This document shows, piece after piece, positions 10,071 through 21,000 of a stretch of DNA of 64,000 bases. The DNA is from a virus. The DNA is taken from positions 54,720 to 118,719 of the IMG/VR virus record IMGVR_UViG_3300010354_000051; one strand, 5' to 3'. The notes beneath the pieces are model-generated. The model was not told where the DNA came from. It saw only the letters and a program-made list of their open reading frames with translations, and ran no database searches. Numbering within the stretch: the stretch's first letter is position 1; every line of letters starts with the position of its first letter. Both the position numbers and the translations under genes were made by a program.

Positions 10071-12326
10071 TCAATCGCCAGAGTGAACAATAACGTTTCC
10101 GTCTGCGATAAAGTAGTCCGATCTGGCAATTGATAGATTGCCACCCAAGAACTCCACTTCTTGGGACAGGTTTTGTACTTGGGAGATGACAATAGAGTTG
10201 TTGTCAACATCAATGCCTACTATCTGATAGTAGCTATTCGGGTTTAATCCGGGCAGATCGGTATTGGTAAAGCCTGATATTTGTATCCGGTCATTAGCAG
10301 TAATATCTGCAGTGGAGGAGATGCCGGAGTAGATTTGGAAACTGAGCATGTCGCTCGAGTTTAACAGCTTAATCGAGTTGTACTGGACTTGGTTAATAGT
10401 GGTAGAGGATATGGAAAGTACTCTGAAGCTGCCGAATACCACCGTGCCTTTAACTTCATACATATACCCGTAGGGATTATTCAAGTTGCCTGTTGCAAGT
10501 ATAGTTTTAGAGTCTGCGCTTAGGTTAGTCAGACCTCCGGGTAAAGTAATTGAGAAAATACCTGCACTTAGTTGGTCGGCTGTCTGCAAAACCTTAAACG
10601 AGCCGGCCAAAGCGCTCTTAGTTTTACTTAAGTCGAGGGTATAAATATCGGCACTTATGCTATTTTTGGCAATTCTGACTGATTCGCCTGCGTATGACAC
10701 GGTCATGAAGATCGGGTCTAGAGCAAACCCTTTCCGAACCTCAATAGCCGCTCGGCTGTAGTTGTTATTATACGTGTCAATAAAATCGATTATTGAGTCG
10801 TTGTCGCTATAAGCAAGGTTCCCCTGAGCGTTCCACTGGAAAGAGCTTTCCAGTATCAGACCTCTGTCCCCACATGCTCGGATAATGTTGGAGTTGATAA
10901 GGCTGAAGTCAGTCTGGGTTATTCTCGGGCTGGTTGTGGAGTGCTGGAATATGTTACCTTGAATAATAGCATTTTCGCTTTGGCTAACTAACAAAGGGCT
11001 CACCTGCTCTTCGTAAGCTCGGCCAGACCTTAGAATTTTATTAGACAGGATAGTAGGGTTATTAGAGTTAATTATTACAAGTCCGCTATTCCCATTGTCG
11101 TAAATAGTGCAGTCTGACACAACAATATTGTCCGCATTGCTGAGCTGTAGTGTTACTTCAGACGCCGAGGGGGAATTTAAGGAGAAAGACTCGTTTCTAT
11201 TACCGTTAAAGGCTAGGGATCTGATCTTCACCCCGTAGATTCGAGGGTTTTGTGACTGTCCTGAGAAGTTTAATAGACCGGGGTAAGAAGTGTTAGACGG
11301 GCTACATGGCAACCTTTTAATGACCGATCCGTCGCCCACCCCTCTCAAGGTTATGTTAGAATAGTCAATCCCAATATTGCTAGAGAAATATGTATCGCGG
11401 ATTGAGTAAACTCCGGCCGGGAAGAAAATATCCTTAATCCCGCCACCGGCCGCAGTAACAACTGCTTGCTGGAAGAATTTAGTATCGTCTATGGTAAATT
11501 TTATCTGATCGCCTGCTGACAAGAGGCTGGACTGAGATAGACCTGAGCACTGTATGAAATTAGACTGAGAACCGACAGGAAGGGGAAGTATTTCCAGAGT
11601 CTCTTTGGCTTTGAGTTTTTTAACTAGGGACGCATCACCACCACCGACTGAAAAAATATCAAACAGGAACGAGGGCAGTACCGGATCGTCTTCCCAACTG
11701 GCAATTTCAGTGTTGCCCAGATCTCTAAACTGTGCAGATAGGGAAGTATAGCCTACCTTGTTATTACCTATAACGCCTAGGAATTTAAAGCTAGTACCCC
11801 ATTGTCTGAATATGATTGGAAGGACAGAGCCAGAAGTACGGGTGAGATTTAGCTGAACATAGTTATCAATATCCCAAAGGTTAGGGTTTAAAATGCGGGA
11901 GTTTTCAGCTTCGGCAGGTTTAACTACATACTCAACTTTTGAGTTAGGTACAATACCTTTAACTTCATCCAAACCGAACACAATATATTTTAACTGGGCA
12001 AGGTTGGAGTTAGGAGCGGTTGAAGTAGAATAGTCTACATTCCCACCTATTAAATGGCTAGAGACTGTGATAGAGGGAGATTCGGCAGGCGGCAGAGAAT
12101 TATATGCAAATGTTCTTAGTTGAACTCCCGGTTTCAGATAGTCTGTAGCAGACCCTACTATATCCCCCAAGGTAACAATACCACTCTCATCAATACTCAG
12201 GACATTAGCAGTAAACTCCACATCCCCTACCCCGCTAGCCCCAACATTTTTTATGTTAATGTAGGAGTTTTTGTCCTCAGGGACCTGAGTAATTACATCT
12301 GCTGTTAGTTGGGGGATGTAGTGCAT
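10071..12326 (-). CDS. Right-handed parallel beta-helix (pectate-lyase-like) tailspike, possible depolymerase
   Basis: IFFPAGVYSI...NITLRGVGDGSVIKR cap followed by beta-helix rungs (NIVVSDCTIYDNGNSGLVI, NAIIQGNIF). Confidence 0.7.
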   Translation of the reverse strand: MHYIPQLTADVITQVPEDKNSYINIKNVGASGVGDVEFTANVLSIDESGIVTLGDIVGSATDYLKPGVQLRTFAYNSLPPAESPSITVSSHLIGGNVDYSTSTAPNSNLAQLKYIVFGLDEVKGIVPNSKVEYVVKPAEAENSRILNPNLWDIDNYVQLNLTRTSGSVLPIIFRQWGTSFKFLGVIGNNKVGYTSLSAQFRDLGNTEIASWEDDPVLPSFLFDIFSVGGGDASLVKKLKAKETLEILPLPVGSQSNFIQCSGLSQSSLLSAGDQIKFTIDDTKFFQQAVVTAAGGGIKDIFFPAGVYSIRDTYFSSNIGIDYSNITLRGVGDGSVIKRLPCSPSNTSYPGLLNFSGQSQNPRIYGVKIRSLAFNGNRNESFSLNSPSASEVTLQLSNADNIVVSDCTIYDNGNSGLVIINSNNPTILSNKILRSGRAYEEQVSPLLVSQSENAIIQGNIFQHSTTSPRITQTDFSLINSNIIRACGDRGLILESSFQWNAQGNLAYSDNDSIIDFIDTYNNNYSRAAIEVRKGFALDPIFMTVSYAGESVRIAKNSISADIYTLDLSKTKSALAGSFKVLQTADQLSAGIFSITLPGGLTNLSADSKTILATGNLNNPYGYMYEVKGTVVFGSFRVLSISSTTINQVQYNSIKLLNSSDMLSFQIYSGISSTADITANDRIQISGFTNTDLPGLNPNSYYQIVGIDVDNNSIVISQVQNLSQEVEFLGGNLSIARSDYFIADGNVIVHSGD

Positions 12327-12328
12327 GA

Positions 12329-12724
12329 TCAGATGTCGTAAGTAGACAGAGGACTGTGAAGAGTGTAGGATAGTACAGCACTTAGTGAATTAGCTGTAGC
12401 GCTGCTATGCCATACATACAACTTATCACCTTCCTTAAGGATAATTTTATTGCCGGTGATTACATCGAAGGAGAGGTTAGGGGGGATATTCTGGCCGCTC
12501 AGGAGAAAAGCTGAAGTCGTACCATTGACTATTTTCGCTGATACAGCCAAATTAGTGCTGCTTCTGTTACAAAGAACTAGAGAGGTTACCAAAGCGAAAT
12601 TTTTCTGGTAGTCGTAATCAGAATTAGCTGAAACCGGAACTTCTAGCATCAAGCCAGCTACTGACTGCTCGATGTTGTTAGGAGATGCAAAACTATTAGT
12701 AGAGTAATTGGATGGTAAAAGCAT
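12329..12724 (-). CDS. Small beta-sandwich virion protein
   Basis: VTSLVLCN...IPPNLSFDVITGNKIILKEGDKL pattern, common in cyanophage structural genes; similar to 27562-27888. Confidence 0.5.
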   Translation of the reverse strand: MLLPSNYSTNSFASPNNIEQSVAGLMLEVPVSANSDYDYQKNFALVTSLVLCNRSSTNLAVSAKIVNGTTSAFLLSGQNIPPNLSFDVITGNKIILKEGDKLYVWHSSATANSLSAVLSYTLHSPLSTYDI

Positions 12725-12728
12725 CTAT

Positions 12729-13037
12729 TCAGCTCCAGAGCAAATTGTTGATGAAAGAAGAGGCGTAGAGATTTACGAGATCTACTCTGCGAATAGCGGA
12801 GAAAGCGCTGGCGGGCTCGCTCTCCACTTCGATAAGGTTTGAGGTAAGAACCAGAGGGGCAGACGTTCCAAAGCCGTCCTGGACCCGGCCCTGGTCTCTC
12901 AGGGCCATATTTCCGGTTCTGCGGGCCGGAACCACGGCGGTAGGTAAACCGTCTGTATCCGGCTCGCCTGTTACATTAGTCAGAACAACATTTCTATACG
13001 TTTTAGAAATGTCGAACTCTGATACATTCTGCGCCAT
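12729..13037 (-). CDS. Hypothetical structural protein
   Basis: 102-aa ORF heading the structural operon; late motif at 13059-13067. Confidence 0.55.
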   Translation of the reverse strand: MAQNVSEFDISKTYRNVVLTNVTGEPDTDGLPTAVVPARRTGNMALRDQGRVQDGFGTSAPLVLTSNLIEVESEPASAFSAIRRVDLVNLYASSFINNLLWS

Positions 13038-13058
13038 GTCGAGGTCAAACTCTAAAAA

Positions 13059-13067
13059 GCTTTCAAC
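13059..13067 (-). promoter_or_regulatory. Putative late promoter motif GTTGAAAGC
   Basis: Upstream of ATG 13037; divergent partner GTTGAAAGT at 13092 (+). Confidence 0.65.
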
Positions 13068-13117
13068 GCCATTACTCTTTTCTGAAAAACCGTTGAAAGT
13101 AGGGAGAAGGAGACAAC

Positions 13118-13264
13118 ATGGACAAAAAGGATCTGGCTATGCTAATTGATGCTTATGCCGATGCGAAATCGACAAAGAATCAATACCTAATCAAAACCAT
13201 CGGGTCTCAACTTGAGCAAGTTTTAGACCAACTCTTCCCCGAAATTGATGGCGAGCAACAATAA
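13118..13264 (+). CDS. Small cyanophage-type hypothetical protein (48 aa; below the ORF-track cutoff)
   Basis: MDKKDLAMLIDAYADAKSTKNQYLIKTIGSQLEQVLDQLFPEIDGEQQ; RBS GGAG upstream; motif GTTGAAAGT at 13092. Confidence 0.7.
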   Translation: MDKKDLAMLIDAYADAKSTKNQYLIKTIGSQLEQVLDQLFPEIDGEQQ

Positions 13265-13583
13265 AATATCTATTTATGTACTAAGGAAAAATCTAGACCA
13301 GTTCCCCAAAAGAGACTCGTGTAGTCTTGGGGATACTGTCATATTGCCTAGTGGGGATATGCTGGTCTGGACTAACTTAAACTGGTTCTTATTACCAAGC
13401 AGGTTCATCACTGTAGACGAGCTAAAAGAATTCATCAGGTACATTTCTTCTGGCTGGCCTGAAACCTCTGAGTTGTTTTTGGAAGATCTGGCCCCTCTGA
13501 TCTCCAATAAGGATTTCCTGGCCAAAGCTTCAGAGGTTTGTTCCCTTATCCGGCAGACAGATCAAATCGCTGAAACCGTCTGA
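13245..13583 (+). CDS. Hypothetical protein
   Basis: 112-aa ORF overlapping the stop of the preceding small ORF. Confidence 0.5.
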   Translation: MMASNNKISIYVLRKNLDQFPKRDSCSLGDTVILPSGDMLVWTNLNWFLLPSRFITVDELKEFIRYISSGWPETSELFLEDLAPLISNKDFLAKASEVCSLIRQTDQIAETV

Positions 13584-14270
13584 CAAAGACACCTGATCAC
13601 AAGAAGCTGATTTTATACACTTGTTCGGCTTGCCATTCTCCACACATACGACTCTTTTCCACGAGCTAACTTCCGGCGGGTTCAAAGCTATTTGATCTGC
13701 AGGTACGTTGGCAATAGCCAAAAACATGCAAGTTAAGTTGCCACAATCCGAATCAAACAGTACTATTTTCCCCGAAGAATATGAACTGGCATCAGGAGAG
13801 TAATATGGGTATTTACTGATCAGACTCTCGTAAGTATACAACTCAATCTGTTCCGCACTATCTATCGAACACACCTCAGACCATTTTGACGGATCGAGAT
13901 CTCCTGGCAAAACTTCAATATTACTAACAGCCTCATAAACGGTCAAGGTATGGCCATTGTTACTCAGGTATAGTACTTGAGTACCTTGGGGATAGCTATA
14001 CGTCGCTACAAATTTAGCAAATCCCCACCTCGGATCCTCTGATTCGTCCGTCCAAGGGACGGAACTTTCCCCCCACTTTGTATAAAACTTTCTAAGGGGG
14101 TCGTACAGTATAAGGTTAGGATCAGAAAGAACTTCTTTAACTGTCCTGCCACAGGTATTATTAACCCTGCACTTAGTACTCTTAACCCCCTCTTCGTCCA
14201 CACCGATGGACTCCAAGGCAGTAATTTGCCCTGGAGTTAAACATCCACCGGCATAGATCCTAGACCCCAT
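13530..14270 (-). CDS. Structural protein with CBM5/12-like (chitin-binding-type) repeats
   Basis: Two units of the type YxxGxxVxY...YxA......P....W (YPQGTQVLY...SKW; YSSGKIVLF...SSW); translationally coupled to the tube gene. Confidence 0.45.
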   Translation of the reverse strand: MGSRIYAGGCLTPGQITALESIGVDEEGVKSTKCRVNNTCGRTVKEVLSDPNLILYDPLRKFYTKWGESSVPWTDESEDPRWGFAKFVATYSYPQGTQVLYLSNNGHTLTVYEAVSNIEVLPGDLDPSKWSEVCSIDSAEQIELYTYESLISKYPYYSPDASSYSSGKIVLFDSDCGNLTCMFLAIANVPADQIALNPPEVSSWKRVVCVENGKPNKCIKSASCDQVSLSDGFSDLICLPDKGTNL

Positions 14271-14698
14271 CAGTTGTAAGTAAAGTTGTCCATTACAAAG
14301 GTCATCTCAATGGTGCTCGGAGCACCACTGGTTCTGTCCACCGTACCGAAGTTCAGGGAGGTGAATTGAGCGTCGGGGATAATGATGGTTCTGGAACCTA
14401 GGGGTTGAGGGTCTTCGCCGCAGGTTACAGGAGTGATGGTAATGGTTACAAACTCACAACCACTTGACTTCCAGAAGTCGACCATATCGTAGTGAATACG
14501 GGGGTCGAAGGGGGTCATGATAGTGGCTTCTTGCAGAGTTTTTACACCCTTGAGCTGGAATACTCTTTGACGGATGCCGTCAGCGTATTGAGAGTTGGCT
14601 GCGGTGTCTCTGATGCCAGAAAAAGAAGTGAAGTAGTGACTCCAGGGTGAAGCCTGTACCCAGAATTGGGATTGAGTTGAAGGTCTAATCTGTAGCAT
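14270..14698 (-). CDS. Tail tube protein
   Basis: 142 aa with tube-like pattern YFTSFSGIRD...TLQEATIMTPFDP...FTSLNFGTVDRTSGAPSTIEMTF; own late motif at 14730. Confidence 0.6.
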   Translation of the reverse strand: MLQIRPSTQSQFWVQASPWSHYFTSFSGIRDTAANSQYADGIRQRVFQLKGVKTLQEATIMTPFDPRIHYDMVDFWKSSGCEFVTITITPVTCGEDPQPLGSRTIIIPDAQFTSLNFGTVDRTSGAPSTIEMTFVMDNFTYN

Positions 14699-14729
14699 GA
14701 TTTGTGAGAGGTCGGTCTACACCTACTCA

Positions 14730-14738
14730 GCTTTCACC
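14730..14738 (-). promoter_or_regulatory. Putative late promoter motif GGTGAAAGC
   Basis: Upstream of the tail tube gene. Confidence 0.65.
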
Positions 14739-14739
14739 A

Positions 14740-16674
14740 TTACATATAGTACGGGGCAAATGAACTCCAGTAACCCATTTCTTCCGTATCGATAACTACA
14801 CACTCCTTGTGAACCGCTACTCGGTTTAGTCTGAACGCCTTGGAATAAAGGCCGATTAGGAGAGAGACTTGGTCAGGAGTAAACCACTCATCTCTGAGGG
14901 CTTGAGACTCGTAGGTTGCCAAACTCATGTGGATTTTGTTTGCCATGTCGCAATGTTCGCCACAAGGACGGGGAATCATCTTGATTTCGTCCAGTAGACG
15001 TTTTGCAATGTAGATAATGTCGCCTGGAGAGGTGTACTCGTCCACGACAATACGGCTAGACTCAGCATCGGTGTTACTAATCCCAATAGCAACCCTCTCC
15101 CAACCAACTTCGTCAATACCCCCGTTATTAAACCGTTCGGAGATGAGCTTAGACACTCTGTCTCGGACAGATTTGTCCTTAAGATCTCCTTGCTCATCAA
15201 ACTCGGAAAAGTCGAGATTTTCATGGGAGACAGAGGCCTGATCGGACAGTAGTTTACCAATCGCTCTTTCTCCAACAATCGATTCGGAGGCTTCTGTAGT
15301 GCGCTGCTTAGTGGCTGGTTTTTCAGACATTCCTCCGGGCATTTCAGGAGGTTCGCCTTTAGCCAGCGAGGGAATTTCCAGCTTATCTCTGATCCAGTCC
15401 AGATCCGTTACATCAAAACCTAGCGCTTTAAGCTGAGACATTATCTGCACAACTTTTACCGGATCTTCTCTCTGCTCCAGGTCTTCAAAGTTACGACGAA
15501 GTCTGGGTACAGAAGCCCCAGGATAATTCAGTTCGACTATCCAGCGAATTAAGGTAGCATTGATCGTTTCATCAAGCTGTTCGCTAAATGCCTTGGCTTT
15601 GCGCATTCTGACGCTATCAGCTACGCTATCCCTAGCATAAGAACCTGTAGAGCCCGTATCCTGACCTACTGTCGATTCGCCATTAATCAAGAATGAGATC
15701 TGCTGATCGATATAGCTGATCATGTTCTCGTAAAGCTCAGGTCTGCCTGCTCCGCCTTCTAGCCACTTAACATCCATCTCATCAGGAATTACTATGGCTG
15801 TTTCTTGACCTAGTCGCTGCAAAGCAGAGAATAGAGAAGTCACTTCTTCGTCTGGAGTACCCAGGCTAAACTTACCAATAGCGGTAGGAGTGGTATGTTT
15901 GTCTGCGTATTGCAGCCAGAATGACATAAGAGTTCGGCGGAACTCGACCAACGAGTATAGTTGTCTACCTAGACCTGTACCATACGGGTCCATTGTATTA
16001 CTATAAGCCCAATGCCTATGGATTATCATAGAGCGTAGAGGTATAGCGACACCCTCTACCGGAGATTGAATAGTGACCACTCTCGGGCTCAGAGAGCCGT
16101 CCATATTTAGTACGAATTGAAAACGTCTCGGGTCTCTTAGTTTAATCTCCGCCGGAACGACATAATCTCCCTGCCTCATCCAACATATCTCGCCTACGCT
16201 AATACCCAAGATCAAACTTTCGCACATCCCTCGCACAAAAGAATTGAATCCGGAGTTAGATGAAGCTAGCATATCTCTACCACGGCTCTGCCTGGTATTG
16301 CTGCCCATGTGGTAAATAACTTGTCTGACAAACTCCGCTACCTCTTCATCCCTATCCGAACCGGAGACAGGAAAAACTTCCCATTTTCTTTGTATAATTT
16401 CCCCTACCAGTTTCTCCCAAGCTGAAATAACCGCATTGTCATTAAAAAGACGGGCGTAATGCTCAATTGCTCGAGCACCGCCCCCGCCTTCTTCGATGAG
16501 AATGTCATCTCTTCTGGGGAGGATCGTACCAGCTATGGCGCTGGGTAATCCACCCCAGGTATACGGGTCGGATTTATAGCCTGCCAGACTCCCCTGGTTA
16601 ACGCCTAATCCGTACAACCTGTCATTGTAACCAGTCTTTACGACTCGTTTAGGGGACTGTGCAGAGCCGACCAC
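14740..16674 (-). CDS. Portal protein, Mu gp29-like (DUF935)
   Basis: EIKLRDPRRF, DPYGTGLGRQLY...FWLQYADKHTTPTAIGK, YIDQQISFLINGES...GSYA, TLIRWIVELNYP. Confidence 0.85.
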   Translation of the reverse strand: MVGSAQSPKRVVKTGYNDRLYGLGVNQGSLAGYKSDPYTWGGLPSAIAGTILPRRDDILIEEGGGGARAIEHYARLFNDNAVISAWEKLVGEIIQRKWEVFPVSGSDRDEEVAEFVRQVIYHMGSNTRQSRGRDMLASSNSGFNSFVRGMCESLILGISVGEICWMRQGDYVVPAEIKLRDPRRFQFVLNMDGSLSPRVVTIQSPVEGVAIPLRSMIIHRHWAYSNTMDPYGTGLGRQLYSLVEFRRTLMSFWLQYADKHTTPTAIGKFSLGTPDEEVTSLFSALQRLGQETAIVIPDEMDVKWLEGGAGRPELYENMISYIDQQISFLINGESTVGQDTGSTGSYARDSVADSVRMRKAKAFSEQLDETINATLIRWIVELNYPGASVPRLRRNFEDLEQREDPVKVVQIMSQLKALGFDVTDLDWIRDKLEIPSLAKGEPPEMPGGMSEKPATKQRTTEASESIVGERAIGKLLSDQASVSHENLDFSEFDEQGDLKDKSVRDRVSKLISERFNNGGIDEVGWERVAIGISNTDAESSRIVVDEYTSPGDIIYIAKRLLDEIKMIPRPCGEHCDMANKIHMSLATYESQALRDEWFTPDQVSLLIGLYSKAFRLNRVAVHKECVVIDTEEMGYWSSFAPYYM

Positions 16675-16676
16675 GA

Positions 16677-16964
16677 TTAATTCATATCTTCTTCTCTTTT
16701 GCTTTCAACGACATTTTTGCCTTTAAACACGACTTCTAGATCAAGGATCGAGTTGTAAAGATCAGACCGAGAAATCTGACCTTTTTCGTACATGTCAATC
16801 ACTTGTTCTGCCCCTTCTACATAGACTCCGTGCTTGGAGTCTGTGAGGATATTGATTCCTTCCACGCCCTTTGGGCCATTCTCATTCTTGTCTCTATCGA
16901 TTTTAGATTTTTTTGCCATAGGAGGAGTTGCGGTGGTAGATACTGAGGCCAGATCTTTTTCCAA
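16677..16964 (-). CDS. Hypothetical protein
   Basis: 95-aa ORF abutting the portal start. Confidence 0.5.
   Translation of the reverse strand: MEKDLASVSTTATPPMAKKSKIDRDKNENGPKGVEGINILTDSKHGVYVEGAEQVIDMYEKGQISRSDLYNSILDLEVVFKGKNVVESKREEDMN
16701..16709 (-). promoter_or_regulatory. Putative late promoter motif GTTGAAAGC
   Basis: Upstream of the portal gene, embedded in the preceding ORF. Confidence 0.6.
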
Positions 16965-17656
16965 TGTTCGAGATTTTCGGGAGCTAGACCGCTAGGCGGG
17001 TTGTTTTTGAACTCTCTCCGCAGGATGTAAATCCCGGACTGGACAAATTTCTGCCCTTGTTTATTATACACATTTTCAAAGTCTCTAAGACTTATGTGTG
17101 GATAAGCTTTTGCGAATTCGGCAAACAGTGGGGAGTTGACCGCCCGGAAGTTTTGTTTATCCCTTAGCAAACTGACCTGTTCGGCTATAATCCGCAAGTC
17201 CAGTCCTTCAGAAATAGCTTCATCGCTAGCAGATAGAAAATCGGCAGGGTCGATTTTGTCAACCAGATTAGCCATGTCTTGCCGGATGGATTTAATGGCC
17301 GATTCGGCGTCTCGGGCGTTTGGCCATCTGTCCAGACGTTGACCGCACCAAGATGTGGTCAGGAAGAAAGCCTGTAGTTCGCTTTCTCCGGCCGTTGCAG
17401 AAGCCCCTGCAGCCACCTTAGACTTGGCTATGAGGCCTTCATGGCTAGAAGTACAGACCCCGCCTGAAGTGCTCTTGTTAAAGTCTGAGAGTATTTTACT
17501 ATTCGGTGACGATTTTTGTTTCGTCGACCTCATCTCCTCCAGCTCTCGCTCGTGCCGATGGTTTTCTAGAGTTTTCCACCGGTCGTGCTGTATCAGGTCC
17601 TGAACTATCTGGCTCAGCAGGCTTTCGAGGCTCATGGCGGAGAATAGTGTGGACAA
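16817..17656 (-). CDS. Hypothetical protein
   Basis: 279-aa ORF; start uncertain because of overlaps. Confidence 0.5.
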   Translation of the reverse strand: MSTLFSAMSLESLLSQIVQDLIQHDRWKTLENHRHERELEEMRSTKQKSSPNSKILSDFNKSTSGGVCTSSHEGLIAKSKVAAGASATAGESELQAFFLTTSWCGQRLDRWPNARDAESAIKSIRQDMANLVDKIDPADFLSASDEAISEGLDLRIIAEQVSLLRDKQNFRAVNSPLFAEFAKAYPHISLRDFENVYNKQGQKFVQSGIYILRREFKNNPPSGLAPENLEHWKKIWPQYLPPQLLLWQKNLKSIETRMRMAQRAWKESISSQTPSTESM

Positions 17657-18032
17657 CCCCTGTAATGTCTCTGTAATTCCAGGAGTGGGTGATACAGCTC
17701 AGGGAGGAGGAGGGGATGCGCCCCTGATCCATACCTAAGAATAGCACGGAATTGATCTCGCGCTCGACCGATTTCCCCGGTTCGTCAAAAAGGATAATTT
17801 TTTTCTCCGAGTCCAGAGCGAGGTGGATTGCTGACAGGGTGATGTGGTCATACCCACAAAACACCAGAACATCCGAGCCTGAGAACTTGGGGAGTGAGGC
17901 TTTGGTCAACACTTGTCGTTTGGCTTGTACGCCCTCGATCTCGTTCAAAACCTTTTCAAGATGGTCAGACATGATTGACATGTCCTTCTCAGAAAAAGTT
18001 CTTTCCGTGCCAAAAATTGAAACTTTAACCAT
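17499..18032 (-). CDS. Hypothetical protein (weak resemblance to a LOG/Rossmann-like fold)
   Basis: SDVLVFCGYDHITLSAIHLALDSEKKIILF; ATG start downstream of motif variant GGTGAAAGA at 18052-18060. Confidence 0.45.
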   Translation of the reverse strand: MVKVSIFGTERTFSEKDMSIMSDHLEKVLNEIEGVQAKRQVLTKASLPKFSGSDVLVFCGYDHITLSAIHLALDSEKKIILFDEPGKSVEREINSVLFLGMDQGRIPSSSLSCITHSWNYRDITGVVHTILRHEPRKPAEPDSSGPDTARPVENSRKPSARARAGGDEVDETKIVTE

Positions 18033-18068
18033 AGCTATTTTAGTCTATTGTTCTTTCACCGTAATAAG

Positions 18069-18077
18069 GGTGAAAGC
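18069..18077 (+). promoter_or_regulatory. Putative late promoter motif GGTGAAAGC
   Basis: Upstream of ORF 18099. Confidence 0.6.
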
Positions 18078-18098
18078 TCAGTAGAGCATTAGGTCGAA

Positions 18099-21000
18099 GT
18101 GGAAGTTTCTAGCCTTGTCGAAGAAAGGGTTAGCCTTATAGTTACTCGGGCTTTCGACAAGTACAGCAAATTCAATACGGGAGAGGAGTATAAAAATTTG
18201 TACTCGTCCACTGTCAGAATGACTTTGGAAATAAATAGCCGGATTAGAGATAAGAAGATACCGACAATCTTACCCCTTAAGACTGAAATACTTAAAGCGG
18301 CTTATACATTCAATTTTAACATCAGCTCGTTAAGGGAAATTTTTTCTTTGGTGGCTGAGGAGGTTTTTGTAGAGGCTGGAGCAGACTATTCAGCTTTATT
18401 TAAGGCTTATGTAGATAGGGTGATTGAGGGAATTTCAGACCTAGATCAGTTTTCTCGAACAAGCATACTAGAACACTTGCTACAGCTTGAGGCTTATGCT
18501 CCGTCTGACAGTCCGTCTCCCAGGGCAAGAAGTTCCAAGACCAGGCTGAATAAACAAAATAGACAAACCGCCAGTCCGGTTTCTTCTCGCATAGCCAAAA
18601 AATTCAACAGCATCTACTCAGAGAAAGTAGACCTTAAGATAGGGGATATTTCTAACTCGTATAAGGATATTAACTCAATAACCTCTGATTCTGTGGTAAA
18701 AGAGGACGAGATCGAGCAAACTGACATTGACTTGCTCGGCTCTACTTTTGCTGGCGAGGGAAAGTCAATCTACCAAGAATTAATAACTCTTTACAATGCT
18801 GTAGTAGAATTTAGCGGGTTTCAAGGCTCTCTGTCAGATTCGGTCGAGTACTTTTCCACCTTTAGCGAATTCATCTTGGCCATGGCCTACGGTAAAAAGA
18901 TAGAGAGTGGGATATTAGATGACCGGTTTGGTAAGTTTAACCTAATCTACGAGCAGGACGAGCTATCCGGGTTAAGTTTCCTAAACAGCTTGTTCAAAAC
19001 TCAATCAGCTAATCAAGATGGCAATTTGCATGAGAGATTTGCCAAGGGTGTGAAGAATAGATATGTAAGAGCAGATCAGGAAGTTGGCATGGCATGTTTA
19101 GTTCTTGAATCGATATATTCTGAGTGTTTGAAGATCGGGGACAGCATTCAGTCTTTAATAGCTGATCCTTTGCCAGGGATAGGAAATACCACCTATTTGT
19201 TATCAATCCTGTCCGGCATATTCCCTCCGTCTCTAGAGGGTAGAAGTAGAGAGAAAGGGTTTACGGCCGGAGTCTATAAACTTCTGCTTTCATATAGGAA
19301 ACTACTGGGCTTGTATGGGTACGAGCCAAAGCTGCCCGAATTGACGGATAACTTGGTCAAGATTTCCTCTGTACTGTTAGAGTTTTCTAATACGGTCAGA
19401 TCGGCCGGGTTTAGAGAAAGCAATTCTGCCATTGTACCGAATTTAGCGCTAACTTATTACGACCCGTCTAAAATTGGTATTAGACAGAACTTGTTAAGGG
19501 CAGGGTTTACTGAGCCCGAAGTTGAAGAGATACTGTCAGTAAAAACTTTCCCCGAATTGGTAAATAAATTCGCCCCGATTACCGATTCACAAGACGTGAT
19601 CTCTTTCTTCAGAGCTTATGAACTTACCAAACTAATTTATGAATTTGGGGGTCAGGAAGGAGTAGATGCTTATATTTCTTTCTTATACGGTACGGATAAG
19701 TCTGTTATTAGGCTACTTGGTTACTTGACCAAGAACCGGTCTTTAGCTTCTACTGTTATTGCTAGCGACTACCCCAAATTGGTAGGATATTTAATCACTC
19801 TTACTTACGCTGTTAATCCTGCCGAATTAATCAACCTGGAAAAAGTGTTGAGGAATAACAGGCTTAACTTACTAGAGTCTGTGTCTTATCTGTTAAGCAA
19901 AGGTGAAAACTCTGTCCTGAAATCTAAAGAGGATATTGACATGCTGAGCGCTGTTGCTGCTCAGATGGTTACAACGAGCAGCCTAGATTATTCTACTCAT
20001 AAACCAATGTGGAATAGGCTAATTGAGGAGTCGGCAGGCAATGCAAAGAGAGAAGAATTAGAAGGGGTGTATAATAGGTTGAGTGGAATAATTCCAGAAG
20101 AGTTGAACAGTATTCTCCACACTCCATCAGCATTCTCCCCCGTAGGGAAATTAATTGATGGGGTTAGAGGGGGCAATTTTACTTCGCTACTGCGTTACTG
20201 CAATATATTTGGCTTGCTTCATTCCCTGTCCCCATACAGAAATTCAGGGCAGTTGGTAAATAATCATGTTTCTAATTATGGCCGGATGGTTGATTTTCTA
20301 TCCAGCCTGGACAAATTATCTGAGCGTTTGAAGTTAAGCGGTGCCTTGTTGGAGTCTTATATAGATGAGACCCCTGTCACCGATATTGTATTAGTTCAGA
20401 ACAAGAAATTTTCTGCTTTTGTAAAACTAATTGACGGCACTTTAACTTCTGCCGGTAACGAGGCTATTATGCCCTCTCCGGGAATAGGGAACTCCAGAAT
20501 ACCTAATGGGGTCAGAGTTGATAACTCTCTCACCCCAGAAGAAGCCCAGGTAGTTCAGACTAAGGGGGCTGGATTAGGGCTATTCTCTCAATCTAACAGA
20601 AACTCCGAATTTAGTTCGTTTATTCGTTTCGCCCAATCAAATATACTTAGCATGGCTAATTTGTCCCAGTCCGAATTGACCGCTTTGCAAAGCACTTCGC
20701 CACAACCTGCGGGCAGTTCTGCCTCTACAGAAATCTACCCGAAAAGTGTGGACTATTCCGACACTTACAGTCCGTCTACTACCTCAGCAGTCTCTTTGCT
20801 AAACCCGCCCCGGTTTAACTCAGCAACTTCTTGCAAAAGATTTGGTGGCAGTTCATGCCCGAACGAGTCCGCATCAATATGTCGAACAGGGTATAATAAA
20901 GCTCTTGAGCCTGAGGAGGGGTATGGCAGCACTCCCGGACTAGGTTTGTCCGGTGTACCTATTGATCGACCACTAGGGGCAAAAATATCATCGGCCAGGT